Source of the DNA: Selenomonadaceae bacterium | Lineage (GTDB): Bacteria; Bacillota; Negativicutes; Selenomonadales; Selenomonadaceae | NCBI GenBank assembly: GCA_017444295.1 | Contig: JAFSWY010000172.1 | Coordinates: 7,548-71,547 of the forward strand | Length of the DNA: 64,000 bases | Direction: 5' to 3' | In this document: positions 23,871 through 34,440 of the stretch, piece after piece | Layout: each line of letters starts with the position of its first letter | Numbering within the stretch: position 1 is the stretch's first letter | Made by a program: the position numbers and the translations under genes | The notes under the pieces: generated by a model | Seen by the model: the letters and a program-made list of their open reading frames with translations, nothing else | Database searches by the model: none | What the model was told of the DNA's origin: nothing

Positions 23871-25055
23871 TTACTTGCGGCGCATCCAAACGGGAATGTC
23901 GATGATATCCTGAACGCCGCTTTGCTGCGTCTGAGGCTCGCTTCCGGTTCCCTGGGCTGCAGGCTGCGCTGCTGTGCCGGATGCCGCATTCTGGAAGGAG
24001 GGCGCCTGGATGTTCCCAAGGCCGAACCCTGTTTCCACCTGCCTTGCCTCTCCCGGGTCAGCCCCAATGGAATTCGGATTGTCAAAACCCGTCGCTATGA
24101 CCGTAACGCTCACGCTGTCTCCCATGGTATCATCAATGGAAGCTCCAAAGATGATATTGGCATCGGGATGTGCAGATTCCTGGATCGTCACGGATGCCTC
24201 GTTGACCTCCATCATGCTCAGGGATTCTGCCGAGCCAGTGATGTTGAGCAGGATGCCACGGGCTCCCTGGATGCTCGTCTCCAGCAGCGGCGAATCCACT
24301 GCCGCCCGCGCAGCATTCACTGCCGCATTCTCCCCGGTTGCTTCGCCAATGCCCATGAGGGCAGAACCCGCATTGCTCATGATGGACTTCACATCCGCAA
24401 AGTCCAGATTGATGAGGCCGGGTTTTGCGATCAGGTCAGAGATTCCCTTCACGCCCTGGCGCAACACATCATCCGCAATACTGAACGCCTGGGTCATCGG
24501 GGTTTTCTTGTCCACGACCTGCAACAGGCGGTCATTCGGAATCGTAATGATGGTGTCCACATGCTTCTTCAGGTTGTCAATGCCCATATCTGCCTTGCGG
24601 CGGCGAGCCGGTCCCTCAAAGGTAAAGGGCTTCGTCACAACGCCTACGGTCAATGCCCCCACTTCCCGGGCACATTCCGCAACAACAGGAGCCGCACCTG
24701 TTCCGGTGCCGCCTCCCATTCCGGCAGTGATGAATACCATATCAGAGCCGCGCAGGGCCTCAAGGATGTCCTCCCTGCTCTCCTGCGCTGCTTTTTCGCC
24801 AATCTCCGGACGCGCACCGGCACCCAGCCCACGGGTGAGTTTCTCGCCGATCTGCATGCGTTTGGGTGCCATGGCATGCAAGAGCGCTTGTGCATCCGTG
24901 TTCACCGCTATGAACTCCACACCTTCCAACCCAAGGGAAATCATGCGATTGACGGCATTGCTTCCGCCGCCGCCTACACCTACTACCTTGATTTTTGCAA
25001 ATTGGTCCAAGCCAATATCGTCCAATTCAAACACTATAGAAAACCCCCATGACAT
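23871..25055 (-). CDS. ftsZ: Cell division GTPase FtsZ
   Basis: [17 protein letters not shown]...[13 protein letters not shown] (tubulin signature). The true start may be the GTG at 25034. Confidence 0.96.
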   Translation of the reverse strand: MSWGFSIVFELDDIGLDQFAKIKVVGVGGGGSNAVNRMISLGLEGVEFIAVNTDAQALLHAMAPKRMQIGEKLTRGLGAGARPEIGEKAAQESREDILEALRGSDMVFITAGMGGGTGTGAAPVVAECAREVGALTVGVVTKPFTFEGPARRRKADMGIDNLKKHVDTIITIPNDRLLQVVDKKTPMTQAFSIADDVLRQGVKGISDLIAKPGLINLDFADVKSIMSNAGSALMGIGEATGENAAVNAARAAVDSPLLETSIQGARGILLNITGSAESLSMMEVNEASVTIQESAHPDANIIFGASIDDTMGDSVSVTVIATGFDNPNSIGADPGEARQVETGFGLGNIQAPSFQNAASGTAAQPAAQGTGSEPQTQQSGVQDIIDIPVWMRRK

Positions 25056-25170
25056 GATACCATTTTGTTCGCTCTATGTCCTATTATGAAAGATAACCCA
25101 CTTTAATACTTTTTAATTTTACCACTATTCCCTTATAAATTCCATACAGAATAAAAAAAAATAACGAACT

Positions 25171-25350
25171 TCAGTGTTTCCTTAGGGAAACGCTGATTAA
25201 ATGAAGTCGTCCAGATTGGCACAGATTGCGTGTATCTCCCAAGGAGACAAACCGCAGTCATAGTGGTGCTATGTCGGGGATTTGTCGACACTGGGAGGAC
25301 ACGCAAGATGTGTCAAGATGGGCGGCTGAATGAATCAGTGTTTCCTTAGG
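25171..25350. repeat. About 148-nt imperfect palindromic element flanked by 16-bp direct repeats
   Basis: TCAGTGTTTCCTTAGG occurs at 25171-25186 and 25335-25350. The right copy contains the sbp stop codon. The interior arms are about 70 percent self-complementary around the central hairpin CATAG-tggtg-CTATG. Confidence 0.7.
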
Positions 25351-25667
25351 ATATGGCGCCGCAAAAACGCCAGATTCTGGAACATGCGGAACCCAAAGGC
25401 AAGCAGTGCCACGTAATAAAGATCGATTCCCAGACGATCCCCCATATAGACAAGAAATGCCGCAAGAAGTGCATTCGTGAAGAAACCGCTGATGAAAACA
25501 GCATTGTCAAACTTCTCGTTCATTGCCGCCCGCAGGCCGCCAAAGACAGAGTCCAGAGAGGCAAGCAGCGCAATGGAGAAGAATTTCGCGTAGGCCATCG
25601 GTATCAGCACCGGGCTGATGGATCCCAGGATAAGCCCCACGAGAAGCCCCAGAACAGGAAGGATCAT
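25335..25667 (-). CDS. Small basic protein Sbp (DUF1290)
   Basis: A 110-aa membrane protein in the Bacillus position after the DUF881 gene. Contains LASLDSVFGG. Confidence 0.8.
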   Translation of the reverse strand: MILPVLGLLVGLILGSISPVLIPMAYAKFFSIALLASLDSVFGGLRAAMNEKFDNAVFISGFFTNALLAAFLVYMGDRLGIDLYYVALLAFGFRMFQNLAFLRRHILRKH

Positions 25668-26353
25668 TTCATCCCCTCCTTCTCTTCTGCCACCTCTGCG
25701 TATTCATACTTCCGAACCCCTTTGTAGGGAGGCACATAGACCGCATCACTTGCGGTGATTTCCAATTGGATGCCCCAAACCTTCAAGGTCTCCACCACGC
25801 CCCCGCGCATCTTCAGCGCATTCTCCAGGGTTGTCTTGTCGCCGATGGCATGGATCTCAAAGGGCGCCGCCGAACGCACATTGTTGACGGAAAGTGTCGG
25901 GCCCGCACAGCGGATCTCCGAAGTCCCGACCAACCTCTGGCCATTGATGGAAATCGCCTCTGCACCCGCAGCCCTGAGCTCGTTGATGACTCTCAGGATG
26001 TCGTCATCGTGGATGACATAAAGGTTCGGGTTCTCCCCGGCCTTGGACTTCTGCGTGCTGTCATCCATCCGCACGATAACTCCCGGCCCCTCCAGCGGCA
26101 TCAGGTCCGCCCGAAGCTGCAGCTCGCTGTCCGTGGAACCATTCCCGGCTTTTGCCTTGATAGCGTCGAGTTCCTCCTTGAGCGCATCCCTCTCCTTTTC
26201 CATCTGAAGCAGACGTTCCGAGAGTTCTTCCACACGCTGGTATGGCAGGGAGTGCTTCAAATCCTCCGTCGTGCGGAACTGGACGACCAGCATGAAGCCC
26301 AAAACCATACACACACAAGCAATCGACCAGCGTCCCTGCTTGATATTTCTCAT
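25664..26353 (-). CDS. DUF881 division-associated protein (YlxW/YlxX-like)
   Basis: LEGPGVIVRMDDS...VIHDDDILRVINELRAAGAEAISINGQR...APFEIHAIGD. Confidence 0.85.
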   Translation of the reverse strand: MRNIKQGRWSIACVCMVLGFMLVVQFRTTEDLKHSLPYQRVEELSERLLQMEKERDALKEELDAIKAKAGNGSTDSELQLRADLMPLEGPGVIVRMDDSTQKSKAGENPNLYVIHDDDILRVINELRAAGAEAISINGQRLVGTSEIRCAGPTLSVNNVRSAAPFEIHAIGDKTTLENALKMRGGVVETLKVWGIQLEITASDAVYVPPYKGVRKYEYAEVAEEKEGMK

Positions 26354-26371
26354 GAAATGACCGATTCCTCC

Positions 26372-27115
26372 TCACTGCGCCAACTTGATGAACGGCGATG
26401 AATAATTGAAATCCACATATTCTATGGGATATTTGCTCGTCTTCAGATCCTCCAGGAACGTCATCGTAAGCTTTGCCTTCTCCTCCAGCCGTTCCATGGA
26501 GCCCAGGCGTATCTGGACAGAGCCCGTTGTATAGGCCACCAGATAATCAGGCCCCGTAATGGCAATCTCCGAAATCTGGTTGAGAGATTCCCCGTCCAGC
26601 TGCTGCAGGAAATAAAGGATCTTCTTCACGGTCTCGTTCTCCACATCATCACCGATATACGCATCATGCAACGTAATGCCCGTAATCATCGGGATTGCCA
26701 TGGTCTTCAGGGAGCGATAGCCGTCTATGACCTTCCCCTGCCGGTCCATATCAAGGTAGCCGTAGTCACAGGCCACGGTTGCCACAGGCTTCCGCTCCTT
26801 GATGATCATGTCCAGCTTGTCGGGAAGGGAACGCCGTACCACCACTTCCTCAATGCGAAGATCCTGCATGAGCCGCTTCGTCACCACATCGGTCTGGAGC
26901 TGGAACAAAGGCTCCCCGCGATAAACCCCCGCGATCTTCATGATATCGTCCTTGGTCAGATAGGAGGTTCCCTCGACGCGTATATCCCGCAGGGTAAAGA
27001 TGGGCGAATACACTGCGATGCCGAGAACCACGGCACTGATGATGAGAAACAGGATTCCCTTCCGCATGCGGCGATGCCGCCGCTTCGGCATCCCCGGATC
27101 CTTCCCCATAGGCAC
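26372..27115 (-). CDS. ftsQ: Cell division protein FtsQ/DivIB (POTRA)
   Basis: Basic N-terminus plus a TM segment, then a POTRA region (FTLRDIRVEGTSYLTKDDI). Position is between ddl and DUF881. Confidence 0.85.
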   Translation of the reverse strand: MPMGKDPGMPKRRHRRMRKGILFLIISAVVLGIAVYSPIFTLRDIRVEGTSYLTKDDIMKIAGVYRGEPLFQLQTDVVTKRLMQDLRIEEVVVRRSLPDKLDMIIKERKPVATVACDYGYLDMDRQGKVIDGYRSLKTMAIPMITGITLHDAYIGDDVENETVKKILYFLQQLDGESLNQISEIAITGPDYLVAYTTGSVQIRLGSMERLEEKAKLTMTFLEDLKTSKYPIEYVDFNYSSPFIKLAQ

Positions 27116-27210
27116 ATTTCCCCCTTTGCCCTGCCGTCCAATTTAACACAAAAGATACAAAATTACAAGGCTTCCTCAAAAAGTATGCAATTTCCTCCCA
27201 AAAACAATAT

Positions 27211-28152
27211 TCACCGAACCGGGAAACCCGCCATCTCCAGGATGCGCTCGCAAAGCTCCGGGAACTCGATTCCCATGGCACGCCCTGCATCCGGCACAAG
27301 GGAGGTCTCCGTCATGCCCGGCACGGAATTCACCTCAATGACATAGGGGGTGCCGTCTTCCCCAAGCATCATGTCCACCCGGGCCACGCCCCGGCAGCCG
27401 CAGGCGGCAAAGCTCTTCACCGCCAGTTCCTTCACCGCCTCTGCCGTGTCCTCCGGGATCCGCGCGGGAATGATGTGGGAGGATGCCCCCTTCGTGTACT
27501 TGCTCTCGTAGTCATATCGTCCGGAAAGGGTCGTGATCTCGATGATGGGGAAGGCTTCCATCTTTTCCGCGTTCCCCCATACCGCTACCGTCAGTTCCTT
27601 CCCCTTGATGAACTCCTCCACGAGAACCTCATCATTGTACCGGAAGGCCTCCTTCAATGCCTTTTCCAGTTCCCCATGGGATTCCACGATGTAGACACCG
27701 ATGCTGGAACCCTGGGAGGTGGCCTTCACCACCACGGGAATGGAAAACTCCTTTTCAATCTCCGCCGCCAGATTGCGCTTCATGTCGAAATTGTGGAACA
27801 TGCGGGAGCGCGGCGTGGAGATGCCCTCCGCCAGGAACACCCGCTTGGATGCCGCCTTATCCATGGTCACTGCCGCCGCCAACACGCCGGAACCCGTATA
27901 GGGAATCCCCAGCATGTCCAAGGTTCCCTGCAGCAGCCCGTCCTCGCCGAATTTCCCATGAAGGGCATTAAAGACAATGGCGCAGCCGCTTTCACGGATC
28001 TGCCCCGCGAAGTGCATCGGCTCCAGTTCCATGCCCTCGACGCAGTAACCCTTTGACTTCAACGCATCCACGATGGCCTTGCCCGTCCTGCGGGAAACCT
28101 CGGCCTCCGTTGAGGTTCCCCCCATGACCACCACGATCTTCCCCTGGTTCAT
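27211..28152 (-). CDS. ddl: D-alanine--D-alanine ligase
   Basis: GGTSTEAEVSRRTG...HGKFGEDG...ATSQGSSIGV...EVNSVPGMT. Confidence 0.95.
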   Translation of the reverse strand: MNQGKIVVVMGGTSTEAEVSRRTGKAIVDALKSKGYCVEGMELEPMHFAGQIRESGCAIVFNALHGKFGEDGLLQGTLDMLGIPYTGSGVLAAAVTMDKAASKRVFLAEGISTPRSRMFHNFDMKRNLAAEIEKEFSIPVVVKATSQGSSIGVYIVESHGELEKALKEAFRYNDEVLVEEFIKGKELTVAVWGNAEKMEAFPIIEITTLSGRYDYESKYTKGASSHIIPARIPEDTAEAVKELAVKSFAACGCRGVARVDMMLGEDGTPYVIEVNSVPGMTETSLVPDAGRAMGIEFPELCERILEMAGFPVR

Positions 28153-28165
28153 ATATCCTTCTCCT

Positions 28166-29551
28166 TTACGATTCCTTCAAAATCTCCACCAGTTCCTCGC
28201 CCGTCTTGTAGATGTCGCCGGCCCCCATGGTCATGACCATGTCACCGTCCTCCACAATGGAACGCAGGTATTCCGCCACGTTTTCCCGCTCCTTGATATA
28301 GACCACCTTCTGCCCCGTCTGCTCCACGACCTCTGCGAGAATGGTTTCCCCATGGATGCCCTCGATGGGGGCTTCCCCCGCAGAGTAGATATCCGTAAGC
28401 ACCAAGAGATCCGCCGAACGGAAAGCCTGCCCGAACTCCTTGTGCAGAAGTTTCGTCCTCGAATAGCGATGGGGCTGGAAGACACAGATGAGCCTCTTGG
28501 GATTCGTCTGCTTTGCCGCCTCAAGGGTGGTATGGATTTCCGTGGGATGATGGGCATAGTCATCCAGCACCCAGACACCCTTTTCACGCCCCTTGGTCTG
28601 GAAACGGCGCTTCGCCCCATGGAAAGCCGCCAGCCCCTTTGCCATCTGCTCCACCGTAAGGCCGAGGGAAAGCCCCGTCACAATTGCCGCCATGGCATTG
28701 AGCACATTATGCCGGCCCGGGATATTCAGCGTGACATGGCCCAGATTCTTCCCCCCATGCATGACATCAAAGGAAATCCCGCTGCCCTCCGCGCCGATAT
28801 TCGCCGCCTGATAGTCCGCAGGAACATCGATGCCATAGGAATAGATTTTCCGGTCAATTTTCTTTGCGATGTTCCGAAGCTCCTCGCTCTCATAGCAGAG
28901 CACCGCATAGCCCGTTTCCTTGTCCACATTCTCGATGAACTGCCGGAAGGCCGCGCGGATATTGTCCATGGTGCCGTAATGGTCCATGTGGTCATTCTCC
29001 ACATTCGTCACCACGGCGATATGGGGTTTGAGCTTCAGGAAGGATCCGTCGCTCTCATCCGCCTCGGATACAAGGTAGTCGCTCTTTCCCAGCTTCGCGT
29101 TGGTGCCAAGATCCCCCACCTCGCCGCCGACGATGATGGTGGGGGAAACCTCCAGCCGGTCGAAGGCCACACCGATCATGGAAGTCGTGGTAGTCTTCCC
29201 ATGGGCCCCCGCCACGGCAATCCCCTTGTACTCATTGACGAGGGCCGCATTGATATCCGAGCGGTGCAGCTTGGGAATCCCCAACTGTCCCGCGGCAAGC
29301 ACCTCTGGATTGTCGAAGGGAATCGCCGTCGATACCACAATGGCATCCATGCCGCGCACATGCTCGCCATCCTGCCCCACGTAAATCCTTGCGCCCAATT
29401 CCTTCAAATGATCTGTGATATGGGACTCTGCACGGTCAGACCCCGACACCTCATACCCAAGTTCCACAAGGATTTTCGCCAGAGGGCTCATGCCTGCGCC
29501 ACCGATTCCCACAAAATGTATTTTCCTGATTCCCTTCAAACCTTTCAGCAA
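28166..29551 (-). CDS. murC: UDP-N-acetylmuramate--L-alanine ligase
   Basis: HFVGIGGAGMS...VAGAHGKTTTTSM. Confidence 0.95.
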   Translation of the reverse strand: MLKGLKGIRKIHFVGIGGAGMSPLAKILVELGYEVSGSDRAESHITDHLKELGARIYVGQDGEHVRGMDAIVVSTAIPFDNPEVLAAGQLGIPKLHRSDINAALVNEYKGIAVAGAHGKTTTTSMIGVAFDRLEVSPTIIVGGEVGDLGTNAKLGKSDYLVSEADESDGSFLKLKPHIAVVTNVENDHMDHYGTMDNIRAAFRQFIENVDKETGYAVLCYESEELRNIAKKIDRKIYSYGIDVPADYQAANIGAEGSGISFDVMHGGKNLGHVTLNIPGRHNVLNAMAAIVTGLSLGLTVEQMAKGLAAFHGAKRRFQTKGREKGVWVLDDYAHHPTEIHTTLEAAKQTNPKRLICVFQPHRYSRTKLLHKEFGQAFRSADLLVLTDIYSAGEAPIEGIHGETILAEVVEQTGQKVVYIKERENVAEYLRSIVEDGDMVMTMGAGDIYKTGEELVEILKES

Positions 29552-29571
29552 TGCGGTTCCTCCTCATTCCA

Positions 29572-30681
29572 TCATTTCGCAATTCCAATCGCCATGTCCG
29601 CGATTTCCTCAGCCGCCTCCGGTTTCCCCAGGGCGCGGCTGGCAGCAGCCATTTTCGTCAATTCATCGGGATGGTCCAGTAGTTCGTGCAGGACCTTCAA
29701 CAGGGACTCTGCATCCAGATCCTTGTTGAGTATCATGCGGGATGCCCCCGCCGCCATAACCGCCCTTGCGTTGTGTTCCTGATGGTTTTCTGCCGCATAG
29801 GGATAGGGTATGAGGATCGAAGGGATTCCCCTCGCCATGAGCTCCGCCAGCCCGATGGCCCCGGCGCGGAAAACGGCCAGATCCGCCACGGCCAATGCCT
29901 GGGGCATATTGTAAAGATAGGGCTTTACCTGGATGTGCGTATGCTTCTCCAGATCCACCCCCGCATCCGCAAGGCGCTTCATCACGTCCTCGTGCTCCAG
30001 CTTCCCTGTCACATGGAGGAACTGCACCTCCGGATGCCCTGCCGCCTCTTTCAGCACGCCGATCATCGCCTGATTGATGCTGCGGGCCCCGCGGCTGCCT
30101 CCAGAAACCAGGACAATGCGACGATTCCCGTCCAGGCCGAAGGTCTTGAGCCCTTCCTCCCGGGTGGCCTCAATCACATCCCTGCGAATGGGATTGCCCG
30201 TACAGGCGACCTTTTCCGCCGGAAAATGCCTCATCGCCTCCGGCACCCCTGCCGCAACCTTCGTGACGAAATGGGAGAGCAATTTGTTGGTGATGCCCGG
30301 CACCACATTCTGTTCCTGAATCAGGGTCGGGATTCCGAGAAGGCTTGCCGCCATCAGAACGGGGCCGCAGACATAGCCCCCCGTTCCCACCACCACATCG
30401 GGGCGGAATCTCTTCACGATGCGCAGGGCCCTTGCCACGCCGACCATGGCCTTGCCCGCCCGCTTGACATTCGCCAATGTGAAACGACGTTCAAAGCCCT
30501 GCAGCTCCACCGTGGCAAAGGGAATCCCCTCCTTTGGAACGATATCCGATTCCAACCCATGCTTCGTTCCCACATAGAGGAACTCCGCCTCAGGGTCCCT
30601 TTCCTGTATGGCTCTCAAAATCGTTATGGCAGGGTAGATATGTCCTCCCGTACCGCCGCCCGACACAATGACCCTCAACAA
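29572..30681 (-). CDS. murG: Undecaprenyl-PP-MurNAc-pentapeptide GlcNAc transferase
   Basis: SGGGTGGHIYPA...GGSRGARSIN. Confidence 0.95.
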   Translation of the reverse strand: MLRVIVSGGGTGGHIYPAITILRAIQERDPEAEFLYVGTKHGLESDIVPKEGIPFATVELQGFERRFTLANVKRAGKAMVGVARALRIVKRFRPDVVVGTGGYVCGPVLMAASLLGIPTLIQEQNVVPGITNKLLSHFVTKVAAGVPEAMRHFPAEKVACTGNPIRRDVIEATREEGLKTFGLDGNRRIVLVSGGSRGARSINQAMIGVLKEAAGHPEVQFLHVTGKLEHEDVMKRLADAGVDLEKHTHIQVKPYLYNMPQALAVADLAVFRAGAIGLAELMARGIPSILIPYPYAAENHQEHNARAVMAAGASRMILNKDLDAESLLKVLHELLDHPDELTKMAAASRALGKPEAAEEIADMAIGIAK

Positions 30682-30690
30682 AACATCCTC

Positions 30691-32052
30691 CTACATACCA
30701 TTCACAATGCGCTTGAAATCGCGCCCTCTTTCCTCAAAGCCGCTGTACATATCAAAGCTGGCACAGGCCGGGGAGAGCAGCACCACCTGGGGCGGCCTTG
30801 CCATCCCATGGGCGATTTCCAGTGCCTTTTCCATGGAATATCCCGCCTCATGGATATGTTCCTCGGGAATCCCCTGCGCTGCTGCCGCCTCATGGAAACG
30901 CTTGGCCGCATCTCCCACAAGGATGAGCTCATCCACCCGCTCCTTCACCAATCCCATGAACTCCGAAAGGTCCGTGAGCTTGTCGTCCCCCCCCGCCAGG
31001 AGAATGATGTGATTGGGAAAGGTCTCCAGTGCCTTGATGGCGGAATCCGTGTTGGTGGCCTTGGAGTCATTATAGTAGGGAACTCCGTCCACATCCCTGA
31101 CATGCTCGATGCGATGCTCCACTCCGTGAAAGGACTTCAGCACCTGTGCCATCTTTTCCGGTTTCGCCCCGGCGAGAAAGGCCGCCATGGAAGCCGCCAA
31201 TGCGTTTTCCACATTGTGCCCGCCCTTGATTCCAAGCTCCGAAACGCTGCAGAGCCCATGGCGCTGGCCTTTCCAGCGGATGACCAGCATATCCCCTTCG
31301 AGGAAGGCCCCTTCCTCCATTTCCCGATGCCTGCTGAAAAAGCAGACCTGGCAATGGGCGCGTTCCTTCATGGAGCGGGTGCGCTCATCGTCATAATTCA
31401 GGACGAGATAGTCCTCCATGGTTTCCTCGGCAAACATGCGCTCCTTCATCTGTTGATAAACTTCCATGGAACCATGGCGCACGATGTGGTCCGGCGTGAC
31501 GTTGAGCACTACCGACACATGGGGATGGAACTCATTCGTCGCCTCCATCTGGTAGCTGGAGATCTCCGCCGCAATGCAGCCGCCCTCCCCGACGCGGACG
31601 GCCTCTTCACAGAGAGGGATTCCGATATTCCCCCCAACACCAACCTTGTCGTAATGGGTCTTGAGCAGCAGTCCCAGGAGCGTCACCGTCGTCGTCTTCC
31701 CGTTCGTCCCCGTCACGGCACAGATGGGAGACCCTGCCAGACGATAGGCCATCTCCACCTCACTGATGACGGGGATCCCCCACTGAAGGGCTCTTTGCAG
31801 GATGGGAATGCGCAGGGGAACCGCAGGGGAGACCAGGACGATATCCACGCCCTCCAAAAGCTCATCCTTCTGGGGGCCAAAGACCAGCTCGATGCCCTCT
31901 TGCCGAAGCTCCGAAAAATCCTGCTGGATCTCCGCTTCCGCCTTGGCATCGCTCAAAATGACCCTCGCCCCCATGGACTTCGCCATCTTCGCCGCAGCAA
32001 AGCCGCTGATTCCGGCACCGATCACCAACATCGTCTTATCCTGCAATTCCAT
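30691..32052 (-). CDS. murD: UDP-MurNAc-L-alanine--D-glutamate ligase
   Basis: VIGAGISG...VTGTNGKTTT...ASFDMY. Confidence 0.95.
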   Translation of the reverse strand: MELQDKTMLVIGAGISGFAAAKMAKSMGARVILSDAKAEAEIQQDFSELRQEGIELVFGPQKDELLEGVDIVLVSPAVPLRIPILQRALQWGIPVISEVEMAYRLAGSPICAVTGTNGKTTTVTLLGLLLKTHYDKVGVGGNIGIPLCEEAVRVGEGGCIAAEISSYQMEATNEFHPHVSVVLNVTPDHIVRHGSMEVYQQMKERMFAEETMEDYLVLNYDDERTRSMKERAHCQVCFFSRHREMEEGAFLEGDMLVIRWKGQRHGLCSVSELGIKGGHNVENALAASMAAFLAGAKPEKMAQVLKSFHGVEHRIEHVRDVDGVPYYNDSKATNTDSAIKALETFPNHIILLAGGDDKLTDLSEFMGLVKERVDELILVGDAAKRFHEAAAAQGIPEEHIHEAGYSMEKALEIAHGMARPPQVVLLSPACASFDMYSGFEERGRDFKRIVNGM

Positions 32053-32079
32053 AAAAACATCTCCTGACCTATCATTCCG

Positions 32080-33033
32080 TCACATCATGGACAATCCGGC
32101 AACTCCCGCCAAAAGGCCCACGGCCCAAAAGACAAAGACCACCTTCCTCTCGCTCCAGCCGCCCAGCTCGAAATGATGGTGGATGGGGCTCATGCGGAAC
32201 ACCCGCTTGCCCGTGGTCTGGAAGGAAATCACCTGGATGATGACCGAAAGGGCCTCACAGACAAAGATGAGCCCCACCACCACCAAAAGCAGTTCCGTAT
32301 GGGTGAGGATGCCCATGGCCGCAAAGGCGCCCCCAAGGGCCAGGGAACCCGTATCCCCCATGAAGACCTTCGCAGGATGGGCGTTGAACCGCAAAAAAGC
32401 AACACAGGCCGCCACAACAGCCACACAGAACAAGGCCAGATTCCCGTGCCCCGTCAGGATGCACACGACGGCATAGCAGCTTGATGCAATGGCCATGGTG
32501 CCGGAGGCCAGCCCATCCAGCCCGTCGGTAAGGTTCACCGCATTGGAAGTGCCCACGAGAACGAAAAGCACCAATGGATAGTAGAGGATGCCAAGATTGA
32601 CCTCATGGTCCAGCATGGGAATCCAGATACTCGTATCGATGCCCAGTTCCTTCGTGCCGATGTACATGGTCACAAGGGCGATGAGGATCTGCCCCAGAAG
32701 CTTCTGCTTCGCCCGCAGGCCGAGGTTCCTCTTTTTCACTACCTTGATGTAGTCATCCAAAAATCCCAGCGCGAAATGCCCCAGCATGATGAAAAGCGCC
32801 AACAGGATCTCCGTTGTCAATGATGCTGCTGCAACCGTTCCCAGCAAAATACCGAGAATGATCATGATGCCGCCCATGGTGGGCGTCCCGCTCTTCGCCT
32901 GATGGCTCTTCGGTCCTTCCTCGCGGATGCTCTGCCCGAACTTCAGCCGATGCAGCATCGGCAACAAAACCGGTCCCATAAGCAAAACCACACCTGCCGC
33001 CACACCAGCAGCGATCAAAAAACTGACTGACAT
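32080..33033 (-). CDS. mraY: Phospho-N-acetylmuramoyl-pentapeptide transferase
   Basis: GTPTMGG...NAVNLTDGLDGLA...FMGDTGSLALGG...PIHHHFE. Confidence 0.96.
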   Translation of the reverse strand: MSVSFLIAAGVAAGVVLLMGPVLLPMLHRLKFGQSIREEGPKSHQAKSGTPTMGGIMIILGILLGTVAAASLTTEILLALFIMLGHFALGFLDDYIKVVKKRNLGLRAKQKLLGQILIALVTMYIGTKELGIDTSIWIPMLDHEVNLGILYYPLVLFVLVGTSNAVNLTDGLDGLASGTMAIASSCYAVVCILTGHGNLALFCVAVVAACVAFLRFNAHPAKVFMGDTGSLALGGAFAAMGILTHTELLLVVVGLIFVCEALSVIIQVISFQTTGKRVFRMSPIHHHFELGGWSERKVVFVFWAVGLLAGVAGLSMM

Positions 33034-33069
33034 TCCTTCGCTCTCTCCTCAATTACCCATCCCACAAAA

Positions 33070-34440
33070 TCAAATCAAATCGATGATCTTCTCCATCTGC
33101 ATGCCCCTGGAGCCCTTGAAAAGCACCGTATCTCCCGGCCGGAGGATCCTCTTCAGGACCCCGGCTGCCTTCTCATGGGACTCGCAGCGGTACACTTCCT
33201 TGATGCCGCCATCCTCTGCGCCCGCAGCAATCCTCTCTCCCATTTCTCCCCGGGTGACAACGGCGGCAAAGGCTTTCTCCGCCAGCTCCGTCCCCACATG
33301 GTAATGGGCGCTCTCCGAGGATGCGCCGAGCTCCAGCATGTCTCCCATGACCGCGACCTTCCTGCCCGGTGCAAGCTCGGAAAGGGTGTTGATGGCGGCT
33401 GTCATGGACATGGGGCTCGCATTGTAGGCATCGTTGACGATCCTGTACTCGCCCTTTTGCTGTATCTCAAACCGCATTTTCGCCGCTTCCGAATGTAACA
33501 GCCCTTTATGAATTTCCTCTGAAGAAAGCCCCAGGGCAAATCCTGCCGCAATGGCAGCCAGGGCGTTGTAGACGTTGTGGCGCCCTATCATGGGAAGTGT
33601 GTACTCATGGACTTCCCCTTGATAAGCCACATCAAATCTCGTCATGCCCTCCTCAGTCCGAAGGGACTGCCCGCGCACATCCGCCGCCTTCTCTATGCCA
33701 AAGGTCAGAATCCTGACATCTTTCGCTACCTTGTCCCTCATCCCGGCCACATACGCATTGTCCTCATTGAGGATCACCGTGCCCCCCGCAGGGATTGCCT
33801 CCACCAGCTCGGCCTTTGCCCTGGCGATATTTTCCATGGAACCCAGAAGTTCCATATGGGTCTCCCCCACATTGGTCACAATGCCGATGGATGGCTCTGC
33901 CACGGGCGCCAATGCCTCAATCTGATGAAGCCCCCGCATGCCGATTTCCACCACGGCTGCCGTATGTTCCTTATGGATTCCGAGCAAGGTCAGGGGAAGC
34001 CCGATCTCATTGTTGAAATTCGCCTGGGTCTTGAGCACCGGCCCCCTTGCCGAAAGCACCGCCGCTACGAGCTCCTTTGTGGTGGTCTTGCCGTTGGACC
34101 CCGTGATGGCAACCACCGGCAAATCGAATTTCTTCCGCCATAGATGGGCAATCTGCTGGTAGGCCCTTTGGGTATCCTCCGCTTTCAGCACCGTGCCCCC
34201 GATGCCTCCCAGCTTTTCCTCCATGCAGGAACGGCTCACCAGCACACCTGCGGCACCCTTTTCCAAGGCCTCCTTCGCAAAATCCTCCCCATTGAAGCGC
34301 TCCCCCTTCAAGGCAAGGAAGAGGACACCCTCCGAGATCTTCCGTGTGTCCGTCACCACATCCGTGAACCTGTCTGCTTTCCTTTGCACCACATCCGCTT
34401 TTGTCGCTGTAATGATTTCCTCAAGAGTAAATGCTGGCAT
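33070..34440 (-). CDS. murF: UDP-MurNAc-tripeptide--D-Ala-D-Ala ligase
   Basis: ITGSNGKTTTKE...DAYNASPMSM. Confidence 0.94.
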   Translation of the reverse strand: MPAFTLEEIITATKADVVQRKADRFTDVVTDTRKISEGVLFLALKGERFNGEDFAKEALEKGAAGVLVSRSCMEEKLGGIGGTVLKAEDTQRAYQQIAHLWRKKFDLPVVAITGSNGKTTTKELVAAVLSARGPVLKTQANFNNEIGLPLTLLGIHKEHTAAVVEIGMRGLHQIEALAPVAEPSIGIVTNVGETHMELLGSMENIARAKAELVEAIPAGGTVILNEDNAYVAGMRDKVAKDVRILTFGIEKAADVRGQSLRTEEGMTRFDVAYQGEVHEYTLPMIGRHNVYNALAAIAAGFALGLSSEEIHKGLLHSEAAKMRFEIQQKGEYRIVNDAYNASPMSMTAAINTLSELAPGRKVAVMGDMLELGASSESAHYHVGTELAEKAFAAVVTRGEMGERIAAGAEDGGIKEVYRCESHEKAAGVLKRILRPGDTVLFKGSRGMQMEKIIDLI

